From positions 10,498 through 74,497 of the forward strand of contig CAJTQT010000002.1 in NCBI GenBank assembly GCA_910578325.1: a DNA stretch of 64,000 bases, in the 5' to 3' direction. This DNA comes from an uncultured Christensenella sp. GTDB lineage: Bacteria > Bacillota > Clostridia > Christensenellales > CAG-917. How positions within the stretch are numbered: position 1 is the stretch's first letter; each line of letters starts with the position of its first letter. Under the pieces are notes generated by a model that was not told the origin of the DNA, searched no databases, and saw only the letters and a list, made by a program, of their open reading frames with translations. The position numbers were made by a program, and so were the translations under genes. This document shows, one piece after another, positions 18,956 through 29,486 of the stretch.

Positions 18956-21900
18956 TTGTTGTCAGTAAAAAAGGACGGGTATACGGTTTTGTTAAATCTG
19001 GTCAAAATCGAACTCAGAGGTTTTAAATCGTTTGCGGATAAGGTGGAAATTCCTTTCAGAGAGGGCGTCACCGCTATTATAGGACCGAACGGTTGCGGAA
19101 AGTCAAACGTTTCGGACGCTATACGTTGGACCTTGGGTGAAAAAAGTGCTAAACAACTGCGCGGTAAGAGTATGCAGGACGTCATATTCGCAGGTACCGA
19201 AAAGCGCAGGAGTATGTCCTATTGCGAAGTTTCGCTGACTTTCAACAATGAGAATCAGCATATTTTCCCGTCGTTGCCGTTTGATGAGGTTGTGGTTACG
19301 CGTAAACTTGACCGAAGCGGAATGAGCGAATATTTCCTCAACAATAACCATACGCGTCTGCGCGACATAATCGCGCTTTTCCACGATACGGGCATAGGCA
19401 AAGAGGGCTATTCGATTATCGGACAGGGAAGAGTCGACGAGATTATGTCTGCCAAACCCGACGAGCGTCGCAGAATCTTCGAAGAAGCCGCGGGAATATC
19501 CAAATTCAGGGCAGAGCGCATCGAGGCGGAGCGAAAACTCGAAAAGACCGCGTTGAACTTGCAGACAACCAACGAAGTTATTGCGGAAATCGAAAAACAG
19601 ATCGGGCCGTTGCGCAAACAGGCGGAAACCGCTCAAAAATACTTCGACCTGAAAGAACAACTTAAATATAACGAAGTAAACCTATACATATACAACTATG
19701 AAAACAATCAGGCGATAAAGCAGAAGATATATGACCGTATTTCGGGATATGACAGCGCGCTGAAAATCAAGGATATGGAATATAACGAATGCGTTCGCCG
19801 ATATGACGACTGCATTCGCGAATCGAGCGGAATCGACAGGGTTTACGATGACAGCAATGCGGAACTCCTGTCGCTCAAAGTCGGCGAGGCGAGGTCGGAA
19901 GTCGAAGCGCACGCGCTTAAAGACCGTATCGCAAACGTGCAGAGCCAAATTGCGAGACTTAACGAAGAACTTCTGTCTATAGACAACCGTCTGATCGTTT
20001 CCGAACAGACTATTTCTACTACAACCGCTAAAAAAGAAGAGGAATTTAACGCGTATCTCCATACTTGCAAGGCATTCGAGGACGTTAACGCAAGGTATTC
20101 GCAACTTACCAACGCTCTCGCGGGACAGGAAAGCGACCTCGAAGCGCGAAATCTCGAATACGTCCGTGCAATAGAGGAATTGGGCGCGTTGAAATCGAAT
20201 ATTTCGGGCTTTCAGGCGGAAAAGACTATAAACGAAGAACGCGCTAAATCAATCAGACAGTTGCTTACTCAGAAAAAAGAGAGACTTGACGAGGAATTGA
20301 CCAACTTATCCATCTATGACGGAAAGGTTAAATCCGCAAAGGAAAGAATGCGTCAGGTCGCAACCGAGTACAACGAAAGCGTATCCGAAAAAGCCGACGC
20401 ACAGGAAGCGGTCAAGGCGTTTGCCGAAGATATATCCGCTCTCAGCGGAAAACTGTCTGCCAACGAAGAGCGTGTAAGAACTTATACGGCGATCAAAGAG
20501 CAGTATTCGGCGTATCAGAACGCGGTCGGAAATCTTATGCGCGATTCCAAGCACGACCCTGTGCTTGCTTCTAAGATTATGGGTGTGCTTGCGGAAGTTA
20601 TAAGCGTTCCCAACGAGTTCGAGGCGGCAATAGAATATGCTTTGGGCGGCGCAATGCAAAACGTGCTCGTTGAAAACGAGGGCGACGCGAGCGACTTGAT
20701 CGCATATCTGAAACAGAAGAATTACGGACGTGTCACGTTCCGTCCGCTCACATCCTGCCGTCCGCACGCGCTGAGCGGTGAAAGTCTCGGCGTTCTCAAA
20801 GAACCGGGATGCTACGGACTCGCCGGCGATTTGGTCAAGTATGACGCTAAATTCGACGGATTTATAAAAACTTTGTTGGGCGCTACCGTGGTGGTAAACA
20901 ACATCGACAACGCTATCCGCATTTTCAGAAAGTACAATCAGGCGTTTAAGATTGTCACTCTTGACGGTGAAATATTCTCGCGAGGCGGCGAAATTACGGG
21001 CGGTTCGCGCCGTAATCAAACGCAAGGTCTGCTTTCTCAGGAAAAACAGATAGAACAGGCGCGCGCGAATCTCGAAAAGATCAAGAATAATATTGCTCAG
21101 ATAACCGCTCTCAGACAGGAAAAAGAGCAGGACGTGTTGGATTTCGAGCAGAAGATCGAAAGTTTGAATAAAGAAATATCCGAGTTGCGTATAGAAATCG
21201 GCGTAAACGAGGATAAGGCTAATCAATGTCTGCAAATTACCGAGACTTTACAGACTGAAATCAATCAGGGAGCGGAGGAATACGAACTCGTTATCGCGTC
21301 GATAAAGGATATTACCGACAAACTCAATTCAATAGACGCGCTTGAAAAGATTACGTCCGAGAAAAAAGAGGAATATACCGCGCTTCTTGCGGATTCAAAA
21401 AGCGAAAATTCCAAACAGAAGAGCGAGAGAGAGGAACTTTCTCAGCGAGTTATGGATTTGCGCGTTAAGATGGCAAGCAGAAAGAGCGCGCTTGACGGCT
21501 ATGATCAAGACCTGTTCAGACTTGCCCGCGAGAAAGAGAGCCTCGAAGAAGAAAAACTCGATACGATAGCGCAACTTAAAATCGAGCAGTCAAAACTAGA
21601 CAGCATTACGTCCGCACCGGAAAAGACTTCGTTTTCAAAAGAGGATGAGGCAAGAATAAAGGTTCTTGAAAAAGAAATAGCCGATCTGTCGGAGCGCAAG
21701 CGTACAATATCCGACGAGATAGTTGCTCTCGACGCGCAGAAGACGGAGATTTTCAACCAGCGTAACGAACTGACCGCAAAAAAAACACGCGACGAAGGTA
21801 TGTTGGATAATGTAGATATAGAGATGCGCACACAGCAGGCGCATATTCTCGAAGAGTACGATCTGACTTATGCGGGCGCGGTTGAATTTAAGGATGAAGA

Positions 21901-22579
21901 ATTCAAGGCACACGGCACTCTTACCGTAATCTCTGATTTGAAGAAATCGATTGCAAGACTCGGCGACGTAAACTTGCTTGCGTCTAAGACTCTCGAAGAA
22001 ACGGAAGTCAGACTCAACGAGCAGATTGCACAGCGTGACGATATTCAAAGAGCGTGCGACGACGTCAAGGTTATAATCGATTCGCTGACAGAGCGTATGC
22101 GCGATAAGTTCAGCGACGCGTTCAACAGAATTTGCGAAAACTTCAAAGAGGTTTTCTCACAGTTGTTCGGAGGCGGAAAAGGCGAACTGAGGCTGGATAC
22201 AAAGGAAACGGACGACGTGCTCGAAGCAGGTATAGAAATATTTGCTCAACCGCCGGGGAAAAAGTTGCAGAATATAGGTCTGCTTAGCGGCGGCGAACGC
22301 GCGTTGACGGCGATTGCGATTCTGTTTGCGATTCTCAGATTGAAGCCGATGCCGTTCTGTGTGCTTGACGAGATAGAAGCGGCGTTGGACGACGCGAACG
22401 TAAACCTGTTTGCGGAGTTTTTGAAAAAGTTTTCGGACTATACGCAGTTTATAGTTATAACGCACAGAAAGCCTACAATGCGGCACGCGGACACTATATT
22501 CGGCGTTACGATGGAAGAAAAGGGCGTTACGAAGATTGTTTCGATTGAATTCGAAGAAGCGGTCAAACACGCAAAATAA
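18956..22579 (+). CDS. smc: Chromosome segregation protein SMC
   Basis: Walker A GPNGCGKSN, long coiled coils, hinge, LSGGERALTAIAILFAI signature, Walker B FCVLDEIEAALD. The true start may be TTG 18989 (LLNLVKIELRGFKSF). Confidence 0.95.
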   Translation: MLSVKKDGYTVLLNLVKIELRGFKSFADKVEIPFREGVTAIIGPNGCGKSNVSDAIRWTLGEKSAKQLRGKSMQDVIFAGTEKRRSMSYCEVSLTFNNENQHIFPSLPFDEVVVTRKLDRSGMSEYFLNNNHTRLRDIIALFHDTGIGKEGYSIIGQGRVDEIMSAKPDERRRIFEEAAGISKFRAERIEAERKLEKTALNLQTTNEVIAEIEKQIGPLRKQAETAQKYFDLKEQLKYNEVNLYIYNYENNQAIKQKIYDRISGYDSALKIKDMEYNECVRRYDDCIRESSGIDRVYDDSNAELLSLKVGEARSEVEAHALKDRIANVQSQIARLNEELLSIDNRLIVSEQTISTTTAKKEEEFNAYLHTCKAFEDVNARYSQLTNALAGQESDLEARNLEYVRAIEELGALKSNISGFQAEKTINEERAKSIRQLLTQKKERLDEELTNLSIYDGKVKSAKERMRQVATEYNESVSEKADAQEAVKAFAEDISALSGKLSANEERVRTYTAIKEQYSAYQNAVGNLMRDSKHDPVLASKIMGVLAEVISVPNEFEAAIEYALGGAMQNVLVENEGDASDLIAYLKQKNYGRVTFRPLTSCRPHALSGESLGVLKEPGCYGLAGDLVKYDAKFDGFIKTLLGATVVVNNIDNAIRIFRKYNQAFKIVTLDGEIFSRGGEITGGSRRNQTQGLLSQEKQIEQARANLEKIKNNIAQITALRQEKEQDVLDFEQKIESLNKEISELRIEIGVNEDKANQCLQITETLQTEINQGAEEYELVIASIKDITDKLNSIDALEKITSEKKEEYTALLADSKSENSKQKSEREELSQRVMDLRVKMASRKSALDGYDQDLFRLAREKESLEEEKLDTIAQLKIEQSKLDSITSAPEKTSFSKEDEARIKVLEKEIADLSERKRTISDEIVALDAQKTEIFNQRNELTAKKTRDEGMLDNVDIEMRTQQAHILEEYDLTYAGAVEFKDEEFKAHGTLTVISDLKKSIARLGDVNLLASKTLEETEVRLNEQIAQRDDIQRACDDVKVIIDSLTERMRDKFSDAFNRICENFKEVFSQLFGGGKGELRLDTKETDDVLEAGIEIFAQPPGKKLQNIGLLSGGERALTAIAILFAILRLKPMPFCVLDEIEAALDDANVNLFAEFLKKFSDYTQFIVITHRKPTMRHADTIFGVTMEEKGVTKIVSIEFEEAVKHAK

Positions 22580-22588
22580 TCGGTTAGA

Positions 22589-22609
22589 AGCACGCTTTTG
22601 CGTGCTTTT
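22589..22609 (+). terminator. smc terminator
   Basis: AGCACGC-TTTT-GCGTGCT followed by TTT. Confidence 0.6.
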
Positions 22610-22709
22610 GCAGATATACCGACAAATTCGGTTTATGTAAACTGAATGTCTAAATGATTTATCTTCGCGGATATAGGAGCATAATTATTAAAACGGCACA
22701 GGGTGAAAT

Positions 22710-23603
22710 ATGGGATTTTTCCAGAAAATTTTACAGGGTATAAAAAAGACTAAGGACGCCTTTTCAAAGAAGTTGTTTTTTGCGTTTTCCGCAAAGGAAT
22801 TTGACGACGAGTTTTATGAAAATCTCGAAGAGGCACTGTTGACTGCCGACGTCGGCGTGACGGCTACTGAGAGCCTGATTGAAGAACTTAAAGACGAGAT
22901 TTATACCAAGAAAATCAAGAAGCCCGAGCAGGCGAAAGATTTGCTTAAACGGCTTATGATTGAAGATATAGACTATGAAGTTCCCGAATACGAGTATCCG
23001 CTTGTGATTCTTCTGTCGGGGGTTAACGGCGTCGGAAAGACTACTGCAATAGGGAAACTCGCGCATCTGTTTAAAGAGCAGGGTAAAAGCGTTGTCGTAG
23101 CGGCAGCGGATACGTTCAGAGCGGCGGCGAGCGAACAGTTGGAAGTCTGGGGGCAGCGCGCGGGAGTGCGCGTTATACGTCATAACGAAGGAGCGGATCC
23201 TGCCGCGGTTGTGTTTGACGCAATCGCTTCCGCAAAGGCGAAAGGCAACGACGTAGTGCTTGTGGATACGGCGGGACGTCTGCACAATAAAAAGAATCTG
23301 ATGGCTGAATTGCAGAAAATATGTCGCGTTGTGGAACGCGAACTTCCGGAAGCGGATTTCAGAAAGTATCTGGTGCTTGACGCGACAACGGGACAGAATG
23401 CGGTTGCGCAGGCGAAGATTTTCGGGGAAGATATCGATACTGACGGAATTATACTGACCAAACTCGACGGCACGGCAAAAGGCGGAGTCGTGCTCGCGAT
23501 ATCCGACGAAGTGGGATTGCCTGTAATTTACGTAGGCGTGGGCGAAAAGATAGACGACCTAATACCTTTTGACGCCACAGACTTTATAAACGCGCTTATC
23601 TGA
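22710..23603 (+). CDS. ftsY: Signal recognition particle receptor FtsY
   Basis: SRP-GTPase NG domain: GVNGVGKTTAIGKLA, DTAGRLHNK, TKLDGTAKGG. Confidence 0.95.
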   Translation: MGFFQKILQGIKKTKDAFSKKLFFAFSAKEFDDEFYENLEEALLTADVGVTATESLIEELKDEIYTKKIKKPEQAKDLLKRLMIEDIDYEVPEYEYPLVILLSGVNGVGKTTAIGKLAHLFKEQGKSVVVAAADTFRAAASEQLEVWGQRAGVRVIRHNEGADPAAVVFDAIASAKAKGNDVVLVDTAGRLHNKKNLMAELQKICRVVERELPEADFRKYLVLDATTGQNAVAQAKIFGEDIDTDGIILTKLDGTAKGGVVLAISDEVGLPVIYVGVGEKIDDLIPFDATDFINALI

Positions 23604-23693
23604 TTTGGGATTGCGCTTGAAAATTTCACAGTCATTAAAGTTGCAAAATTGCTTTTTTAAGATAATCAGTAAAAATATAAGCAAAAAGAACAC

Positions 23694-23766
23694 GGTGTCG
23701 GGCAAAAATGCTTGACACCGTTTTTCGTATGTTGTATGATAGGTGTCGAGCAAAAATACTTGACAC
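23694..23766 (+). promoter_or_regulatory. Two copies of a ~25-nt palindromic operator-like element (GGTGTCGrGCAAAAATrCTTGACAC)
   Basis: Copy 1 at 23694-23719 and copy 2 at 23742-23766, a 48-nt period. Half sites GTGTCGGGCA and GTGTCAAGCA match 8/10. Copy 1 covers the -35 and copy 2 covers the predicted +1 of the ylxM-ffh promoter. Confidence 0.45.
23712..23740 (+). promoter_or_regulatory. ylxM-ffh promoter
   Basis: TTGACA (23712-23717) - 17 nt - TATGAT (23735-23740). Confidence 0.55.
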
Positions 23767-23863
23767 ATATCTGCGTGGATTTGTTTCGGATTCCGCGCAT
23801 TGACGGAACGGTGATTGCCGATTGTATTTTTGCTGAAGGGCGTAAAGTGCAAGGCGGGGGAAA

Positions 23864-24190
23864 ATGGACAGATTCGAAATATCTATATTGCGTGATTTTT
23901 ACGGCTCGCTTTTGACTGAAAAGCAAAACGAAATTCTTAAAATGCGCTATGACGAGGATTTGTCTTTCGGAGAGATCGCAGACATCTGCGGTGTATCGCG
24001 TCAGGCGGTGCTGGACAGTATAAACAAGGGCGAGAAACACCTTGCCGAATATGAACTTAACCTCGGATATGCGGATAAACAGAGACGCATTCTTGCCGTT
24101 CTCGACTCGGTTGAGGATCACTTCGATTCGCTCAATAAAGCGGAAATAAAGGCAAAACTGGGCGAGATAAGAAAAATATTGGAGGACTGA
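23864..24190 (+). CDS. ylxM: YlxM family (UPF0122) putative DNA-binding protein
   Basis: 108 aa with a sigma-r4-like HTH LSFGEIADICGVSRQAV. It abuts the ffh start codon, the conserved Firmicute arrangement. Confidence 0.85.
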   Translation: MDRFEISILRDFYGSLLTEKQNEILKMRYDEDLSFGEIADICGVSRQAVLDSINKGEKHLAEYELNLGYADKQRRILAVLDSVEDHFDSLNKAEIKAKLGEIRKILED

Positions 24191-25525
24191 ATGGCTCTTT
24201 TCGAAAATCTGTCTGACAGAATGAATCATATATTTTCCAAACTCAGAAACAAAGGCAAATTGACGGAGTTGGAAATCAAGCAGGCTATGCGTGAAATCCG
24301 CGTCGCGCTTCTCGAAGCGGACGTAAACTATTCGGTTGTCAAGGATTTCGTGGCGCGAGTAAGCGAGAAGGCTCTCGGCGAGGAGATTTTGAAATCTCTT
24401 ACGCCCGCGCAACAGATTGTCAAAATCGTAAACGACGAACTCGTGTCCCTTATGGGTTCCACGCATCAGAAACTGTCGGTGTCGGACAGGCAACCTACGG
24501 TGTATATGATGTGCGGATTGCAGGGCGCGGGCAAGACGACGATGTGCGGAAAACTTGCGACCTATCTCAAAAAACAGAATAAGAAAGTTTTGCTTGTTGC
24601 GGGCGATATATACAGACCTGCCGCGATAGACCAACTTAAAGTCGTAGCGGGAAAAGCGGGGACGGAATGTTTTGCTATGGGGCAGATCGACCCTGTAAAA
24701 ATCGCAAATGCGGGTGTGGAATACGCGCTTAAAAACGGCTATGATACGATGATTGTCGACACCGCGGGACGTCTTCATATAGACGAAGCGCTTATGGACG
24801 AACTGGTGCGCGTCAAGAAGGCTGTTGCGCCGACTGAAATTCTGCTTGTTGTAGACAGTATGACAGGACAGGACGCTGTGACGGTTGCCGATACGTTTAA
24901 CAAGACGCTGGACATAACGGGCGTAATTATGACTAAGTTGGACGGCGATACGCGCGGCGGCGCGGCGTTGTCTATAAGAGCGGTTACGGGCAAGCCTATT
25001 AAATTCAGCGGAACAGGCGAGAAGATGGAAGATATGGAGCCTTTCCATCCTGAGCGTATGGCTTCGCGTATACTCGGAATGGGCGACGTGCTGACGCTCA
25101 TTGAAAAAGCGCAGGACGCGATTTCACAGGAAGAAGCGCTGAAACTTCAAAAGAAACTCAAAGAGAATTCGTTTACTCTGGAAGATTATCTGACGCAGAT
25201 CGAAAGCGTCAAAAAGATGGGAAGCCTGAACGATATGGTTTCTATGATACCGGGACTTGCCGGAAAGATGAAACCTGGAGCGCAGATAGATGAAAAGCAA
25301 CTTTTCAGAAACAAAGCGATTATCCAGTCGATGACTCCAAAGGAACGCAGAAATCCCGAGATAATAAAAGCGTCGAGGCGTAAACGTATCGCAATCGGAA
25401 GCGGAACGTCAATTCAGGAAGTCAACGCGTTGCTCAAACAGTTTGAACTGACAAAAGATATGATGACAAGAATGCAGAAGGGCGGAATGAGAGGACTCAG
25501 AGGTCTTAAAGGAATGCCGTTCTGA
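24191..25525 (+). CDS. ffh: Signal recognition particle protein Ffh
   Basis: GLQGAGKTTMCGKLA, DTAGRLHID, TKLDGDTRGGAALS, and a Met-rich M domain. Confidence 0.95.
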   Translation: MALFENLSDRMNHIFSKLRNKGKLTELEIKQAMREIRVALLEADVNYSVVKDFVARVSEKALGEEILKSLTPAQQIVKIVNDELVSLMGSTHQKLSVSDRQPTVYMMCGLQGAGKTTMCGKLATYLKKQNKKVLLVAGDIYRPAAIDQLKVVAGKAGTECFAMGQIDPVKIANAGVEYALKNGYDTMIVDTAGRLHIDEALMDELVRVKKAVAPTEILLVVDSMTGQDAVTVADTFNKTLDITGVIMTKLDGDTRGGAALSIRAVTGKPIKFSGTGEKMEDMEPFHPERMASRILGMGDVLTLIEKAQDAISQEEALKLQKKLKENSFTLEDYLTQIESVKKMGSLNDMVSMIPGLAGKMKPGAQIDEKQLFRNKAIIQSMTPKERRNPEIIKASRRKRIAIGSGTSIQEVNALLKQFELTKDMMTRMQKGGMRGLRGLKGMPF

Positions 25526-25630
25526 CGCATAAGGTTATGCCGAACTCGGAATAGGCAAGAAAACACGGTTTCAAAATGCGGAACGCCGCAATGAAATAAA
25601 AACAATTTATCACATCGGAGGATAACAAAA

Positions 25631-25882
25631 ATGGTAAAACTCAGACTTACGAGAATGGGCGCAAAGAAAGCACCTTTCTATCGCATCGTGGCAACGGACT
25701 CGCGCAAAGCAAGAGACGGACAGTACATCGACCAAATCGGATACTATAATCCCGTCAGCACGCCGAAGCAAATCGTTATCGATGCTGAAAAGGCGAAAGA
25801 ATGGATTGCTAAGGGTGCTCAGCCGACCGAAACGGTTATGGCATTGCTCATCGGTCAGGGCATCGTAGAGAAGACCAAATAA
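25631..25882 (+). CDS. rpsP: 30S ribosomal protein S16
   Basis: [25 protein letters not shown]. Confidence 0.95.
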   Translation: MVKLRLTRMGAKKAPFYRIVATDSRKARDGQYIDQIGYYNPVSTPKQIVIDAEKAKEWIAKGAQPTETVMALLIGQGIVEKTK

Positions 25883-25885
25883 TCG

Positions 25886-26134
25886 GTGGCTCAGATGATT
25901 GAACTCGTTGAATATCTTGTTTCCGCGCTCGTGCCCGACGGAGATTATACCGTCGAGCAGAGAGACGGCAATGGAGCAACGGATATCGTCGTTTCGATAT
26001 CCAAAAACGACATAGGTAAGATTATCGGAAAGCAGGGGCGTATAGCAAAAGCAATCCGTACGCTTGTCAAATCCGCTAACGGAAAGGGAAGCGTGAAATA
26101 CAACGTCGTTATAGAAGAAAAGAATGAAATCTGA
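25886..26134 (+). CDS. khpA: KH-domain RNA-binding protein (YlqC/KhpA family)
   Basis: 82 aa. GxxG-type KH motif IGKIIGKQGRIAKAIRTL. Conserved position between rpsP and rimM. Confidence 0.8.
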   Translation: MAQMIELVEYLVSALVPDGDYTVEQRDGNGATDIVVSISKNDIGKIIGKQGRIAKAIRTLVKSANGKGSVKYNVVIEEKNEI

Positions 26135-26627
26135 ATTCGAAATCGCAAAGATTGTCAAGCCGCGCGGGCTCAAAGGTGAAATGAAAGCGGAATTTTTTTC
26201 ATCGGATACCGCACGGCTTTCGCATCTTAAAAAAGTGCGCGTCGGAGATGATTTCAGAGACGTGGAGAAAATCAGCGCGGAAGGACGTTACGGCTTTATC
26301 AAACTTTCGGGCGTTGACAGCGTCGAAGAGGCGGAAGAATTGCGCGGCGCATTGATTTATGCAAAGCGTTCCGAACTGCCTCCGCTTGCGGAAGGAAAGC
26401 ATTATATTGCGGATATCATCGGGCTTGCTGTGATTGTTGCGGGCGAAAGAATAGGCGTTATTACGGACGTTGCTCAGTACGGTTCCGCGGACGTGTATTC
26501 CGTCAGAACGTCGGACGGAACATTGAGTTTTCCCGCGCTTAAACAGTTGATTAAGGAAGTGGATATCGAGGGCGGCAAAATGGTACTCGACGATATTCTT
26601 TTCAGAAGAGTTGTAGTGTATAACTAA
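26124..26627 (+). CDS. rimM: Ribosome maturation factor RimM
   Basis: 167 aa. IAKIVKPRGLKGEMK N-terminus plus a PRC-barrel C-terminus. Synteny with trmD. Confidence 0.85.
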   Translation: MKSEFEIAKIVKPRGLKGEMKAEFFSSDTARLSHLKKVRVGDDFRDVEKISAEGRYGFIKLSGVDSVEEAEELRGALIYAKRSELPPLAEGKHYIADIIGLAVIVAGERIGVITDVAQYGSADVYSVRTSDGTLSFPALKQLIKEVDIEGGKMVLDDILFRRVVVYN

Positions 26628-26714
26628 ACAAGCGGCAGTTGAGCGTTACGAAATCGGACATTAAACCGAGATTGTGTCAAATAAAGACAGCATTGCAAAA
26701 TTTGCATTGAGAAT

Positions 26715-27434
26715 ATGAGATTCGATATATTGACGATATTTACAGAGTATTTTGACGTCCTCAGATACAGCCTTTTGGGAAAGGCTATCGACGGGGGCAA
26801 GTTTTCTGTTAATATCGTCGATATACGCGAATACTCCAAAGATAAACACAAAAAAACTGACGACGCGCCGTATGGCGGAGGTGCGGGAATGGTGATGACT
26901 CCCGACCCCATTGTGAGCGCGATAGAAGCCGTCGACCCCGATCACGAGGCTTTGCGTATATATATGTCGCCGCGAGGAAGAACGCTCAATCAGAGCAAGG
27001 TGGAAAGCCTCGCAAAAAAGGACAGAATTCTGATTTTATGCGGAGATTACGAGGGGATTGACGAAAGAGTCATAGATTTGTGCATTGACGAGGAAATGTC
27101 GATAGGCGATTACGTGCTTACAGGCGGAGAATTGCCCGCGCTGGTGCTTGTCAACTGTGTAGCGCGATACGTGGACGGGGTGCTCGGATGCGGCGAATCG
27201 ACTTCGGAAGAGAGTTTCTCGGACGGTCTTTTGGAATATCCGCAGTACACGCGGCCGGAGACTTACAGAGGTCTGAGCGTGCCCGACGTGCTGCTTAAAG
27301 GCAATCATCACGATATAAACCGTTGGCGCAAGGAAAAGTCGGTGGAGATAACGATGCAGAGACGTCCCGACCTTATGGCAAAAACGGACGTAAGATCGTA
27401 TCTTCCGCAGAAACCTAAAAAAAGAAGAAAATAA
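26715..27434 (+). CDS. trmD: tRNA (guanine37-N1)-methyltransferase
   Basis: MRFDILTIFTEYF, DDAPYGGGAGMVM, CGDYEGIDERV, SIGDYVLTGGELPA. Confidence 0.95.
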   Translation: MRFDILTIFTEYFDVLRYSLLGKAIDGGKFSVNIVDIREYSKDKHKKTDDAPYGGGAGMVMTPDPIVSAIEAVDPDHEALRIYMSPRGRTLNQSKVESLAKKDRILILCGDYEGIDERVIDLCIDEEMSIGDYVLTGGELPALVLVNCVARYVDGVLGCGESTSEESFSDGLLEYPQYTRPETYRGLSVPDVLLKGNHHDINRWRKEKSVEITMQRRPDLMAKTDVRSYLPQKPKKRRK

Positions 27435-27493
27435 ATTTTGTCGTCGCGGAGATATTAGACGGCTGTATCAGATAGTTGCAAAAGAGGCTTTAA

Positions 27494-28330
27494 ATGATTA
27501 TTCAATGGTTCCCCGGACATATGACAAAGGCGATACGAATGATGGAGGATAACCTCCGTCTTGTCGACGCGCTGATTTACGTCATTGACGCGCGCGCCGT
27601 TTCTTCTTGCATAAATCCGCTGTTTTCAAGATTGATAAACGGCAAAAAGGTGTTATACGTCTTCAATAAATGCGACCTTGTGGACAGCCGTCTGCTCCGA
27701 CAGTGGGAAATTGCATTTGAAAAACAGGGTAAAGATTACGTCAAAGCGATAGGTACCAGCGGAGACTGCTCGCAGATAGTTTCGGGGCTTAAAAAAGTAA
27801 TGTCCGACAAATTGGAAAAGTACGCTAAGAAAGGCGCGAATATAAATGTCCGCGCTATGGTCGTAGGAGTACCGAACAGCGGAAAATCTACCATAATCAA
27901 CTCAATGATAAAAAAAGCGAAAGCCGTAACCGGCGACCGTCCCGGCGTAACCCGCGGCAAGCAGTGGCTGTCTGTCGACGGAGTCGATTTTCTCGATACG
28001 CCCGGAACGCTCTGGGGCAAATTCGAGGATCAGAATGCGGCGCATCATCTCGCTTATATAGGTTCTGTTAAAGAAGACGTGCTCGACGTTGTAGAACTTT
28101 CCTGCGACTTTATAGGCGAACTGAAAGAAATTTCGCCGCAGGGGCTTTGCGACAGATACGGCATCGGTGACCTAGACAAAAGCGATTACGATTTGCTGGA
28201 GGAAATTGCCGCAAGACGCGGATTTAAAATGCGCGCCGACGTTCTCGATACTCAGCGCGCCGCCAAAACGCTTATAGACGATTTTAGAAAAGGACGTCTG
28301 GGCAAGATTATGCTTGAACTTCCGCTATAA
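27494..28330 (+). CDS. rbgA: Ribosome biogenesis GTPase A (YlqF/RbgA)
   Basis: IQWFPGHMTKA. Circularly permuted GTPase motif order: NKCDL, then GVPNSGKST, then DTPG. Confidence 0.9.
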   Translation: MIIQWFPGHMTKAIRMMEDNLRLVDALIYVIDARAVSSCINPLFSRLINGKKVLYVFNKCDLVDSRLLRQWEIAFEKQGKDYVKAIGTSGDCSQIVSGLKKVMSDKLEKYAKKGANINVRAMVVGVPNSGKSTIINSMIKKAKAVTGDRPGVTRGKQWLSVDGVDFLDTPGTLWGKFEDQNAAHHLAYIGSVKEDVLDVVELSCDFIGELKEISPQGLCDRYGIGDLDKSDYDLLEEIAARRGFKMRADVLDTQRAAKTLIDDFRKGRLGKIMLELPL

Positions 28331-28381
28331 TTCCATTGCGAATTCGAGCAGAATTCACCGCTAAAACGTATACGAGGGAAT

Positions 28382-28999
28382 ATGAAACGCGCCGAAGAAC
28401 TGATGTATTATGAAAACCAACTGCTTGAACGCGGATATAAATATATCTGCGGAGTAGACGAAGTGGGAAGAGGCCCGCTTGCAGGGCCTGTGACCTGTTC
28501 CGCTGTTATTATGCCGCTTGACGACCTTATACAGGGAGTGAACGACAGTAAAAAAGTCAGCAGAGGTAAGCGAGAAAAACTGTTCGGAACAATTATGGAA
28601 AAAGCGGTTGCCGTATCAACCGTTTCGTACGACCACAAACGCATTGACGAAATGAATATTCTCAATGCTACGAAAGCGTGTATGGCGGAGGCTATAACGT
28701 CGCTCGCGGTGGAGCCGGATATAGTCATTGTGGACGCGCTGAAACTGGATATCCCGTACAAAACTTTCGGAATCGTGCACGGAGACGCATTGTCCTATTC
28801 AATAGCCGCTGCGTCGATAATCGCAAAAGTTACAAGAGACAGGTTTATGACTGAAATGGCGGAGGTTTATCCGCACTATGATTTCGAGCATAATATGGGA
28901 TACGGGACGGCAAAACATATAGCCGCGCTCAAAGAATACGGAAAATGTCCTATACACCGCAACAGTTTTATAGGTAAAATACTGAGCGCGGAAAGATAA
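28382..28999 (+). CDS. rnhB: Ribonuclease HII
   Basis: CGVDEVGRGPLAGPV, DSKK, and the HGDA region. Confidence 0.9.
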   Translation: MKRAEELMYYENQLLERGYKYICGVDEVGRGPLAGPVTCSAVIMPLDDLIQGVNDSKKVSRGKREKLFGTIMEKAVAVSTVSYDHKRIDEMNILNATKACMAEAITSLAVEPDIVIVDALKLDIPYKTFGIVHGDALSYSIAAASIIAKVTRDRFMTEMAEVYPHYDFEHNMGYGTAKHIAALKEYGKCPIHRNSFIGKILSAER

Positions 29000-29000
29000 T

Positions 29001-29486
29001 ATGAAGAATACGAAAGCAATTGGCGACATAGGCGAACAGATTGCCGCGGAATATCTTGAAAAAGAAGGGTATACGATTCTCGAACGCAACGCCGAATACG
29101 CAGGTTGCGAGGCGGACATAATCTGTTCCTGTTACGTGCGTTCTGACGGAACGATTGTAAGGCGCAACGCGCAGAAAAGCAACTTTATTTCTCGGTTTTT
29201 TAATTCTAAAAGCACAAATTTGCAAAATACTGCAAATAAAGACTTTGAAAAAGTCATAGTGTTCTGCGAGGTTAAAACCCGCGGCGGACCTGATTTTGGC
29301 GACGGCGCGGAAGCGGTTACTCCGTATAAGGCAGGCAGATACGTGACGCTTGCAAAGGCATACGTAGCGAAGAAGTTTGCAACTGACGAGAATATCCGTT
29401 TCGATATCATAGAAGTCTGCGACGGAAAAGTGAATCATATACAAAACGCGTTTACGACAAACGACGCGCGTTTTTACAGAAACTGA
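29001..29486 (+). CDS. YraN family (UPF0102) endonuclease-like protein, with an internal ~40-aa insertion
   Basis: IGDIGEQIAAEYLEKEGYTILERN...EADIIC...VFCEVKTR...FDIIEV. At 161 aa it is longer than the ~120 aa usual for the family. Confidence 0.7.
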   Translation: MKNTKAIGDIGEQIAAEYLEKEGYTILERNAEYAGCEADIICSCYVRSDGTIVRRNAQKSNFISRFFNSKSTNLQNTANKDFEKVIVFCEVKTRGGPDFGDGAEAVTPYKAGRYVTLAKAYVAKKFATDENIRFDIIEVCDGKVNHIQNAFTTNDARFYRN

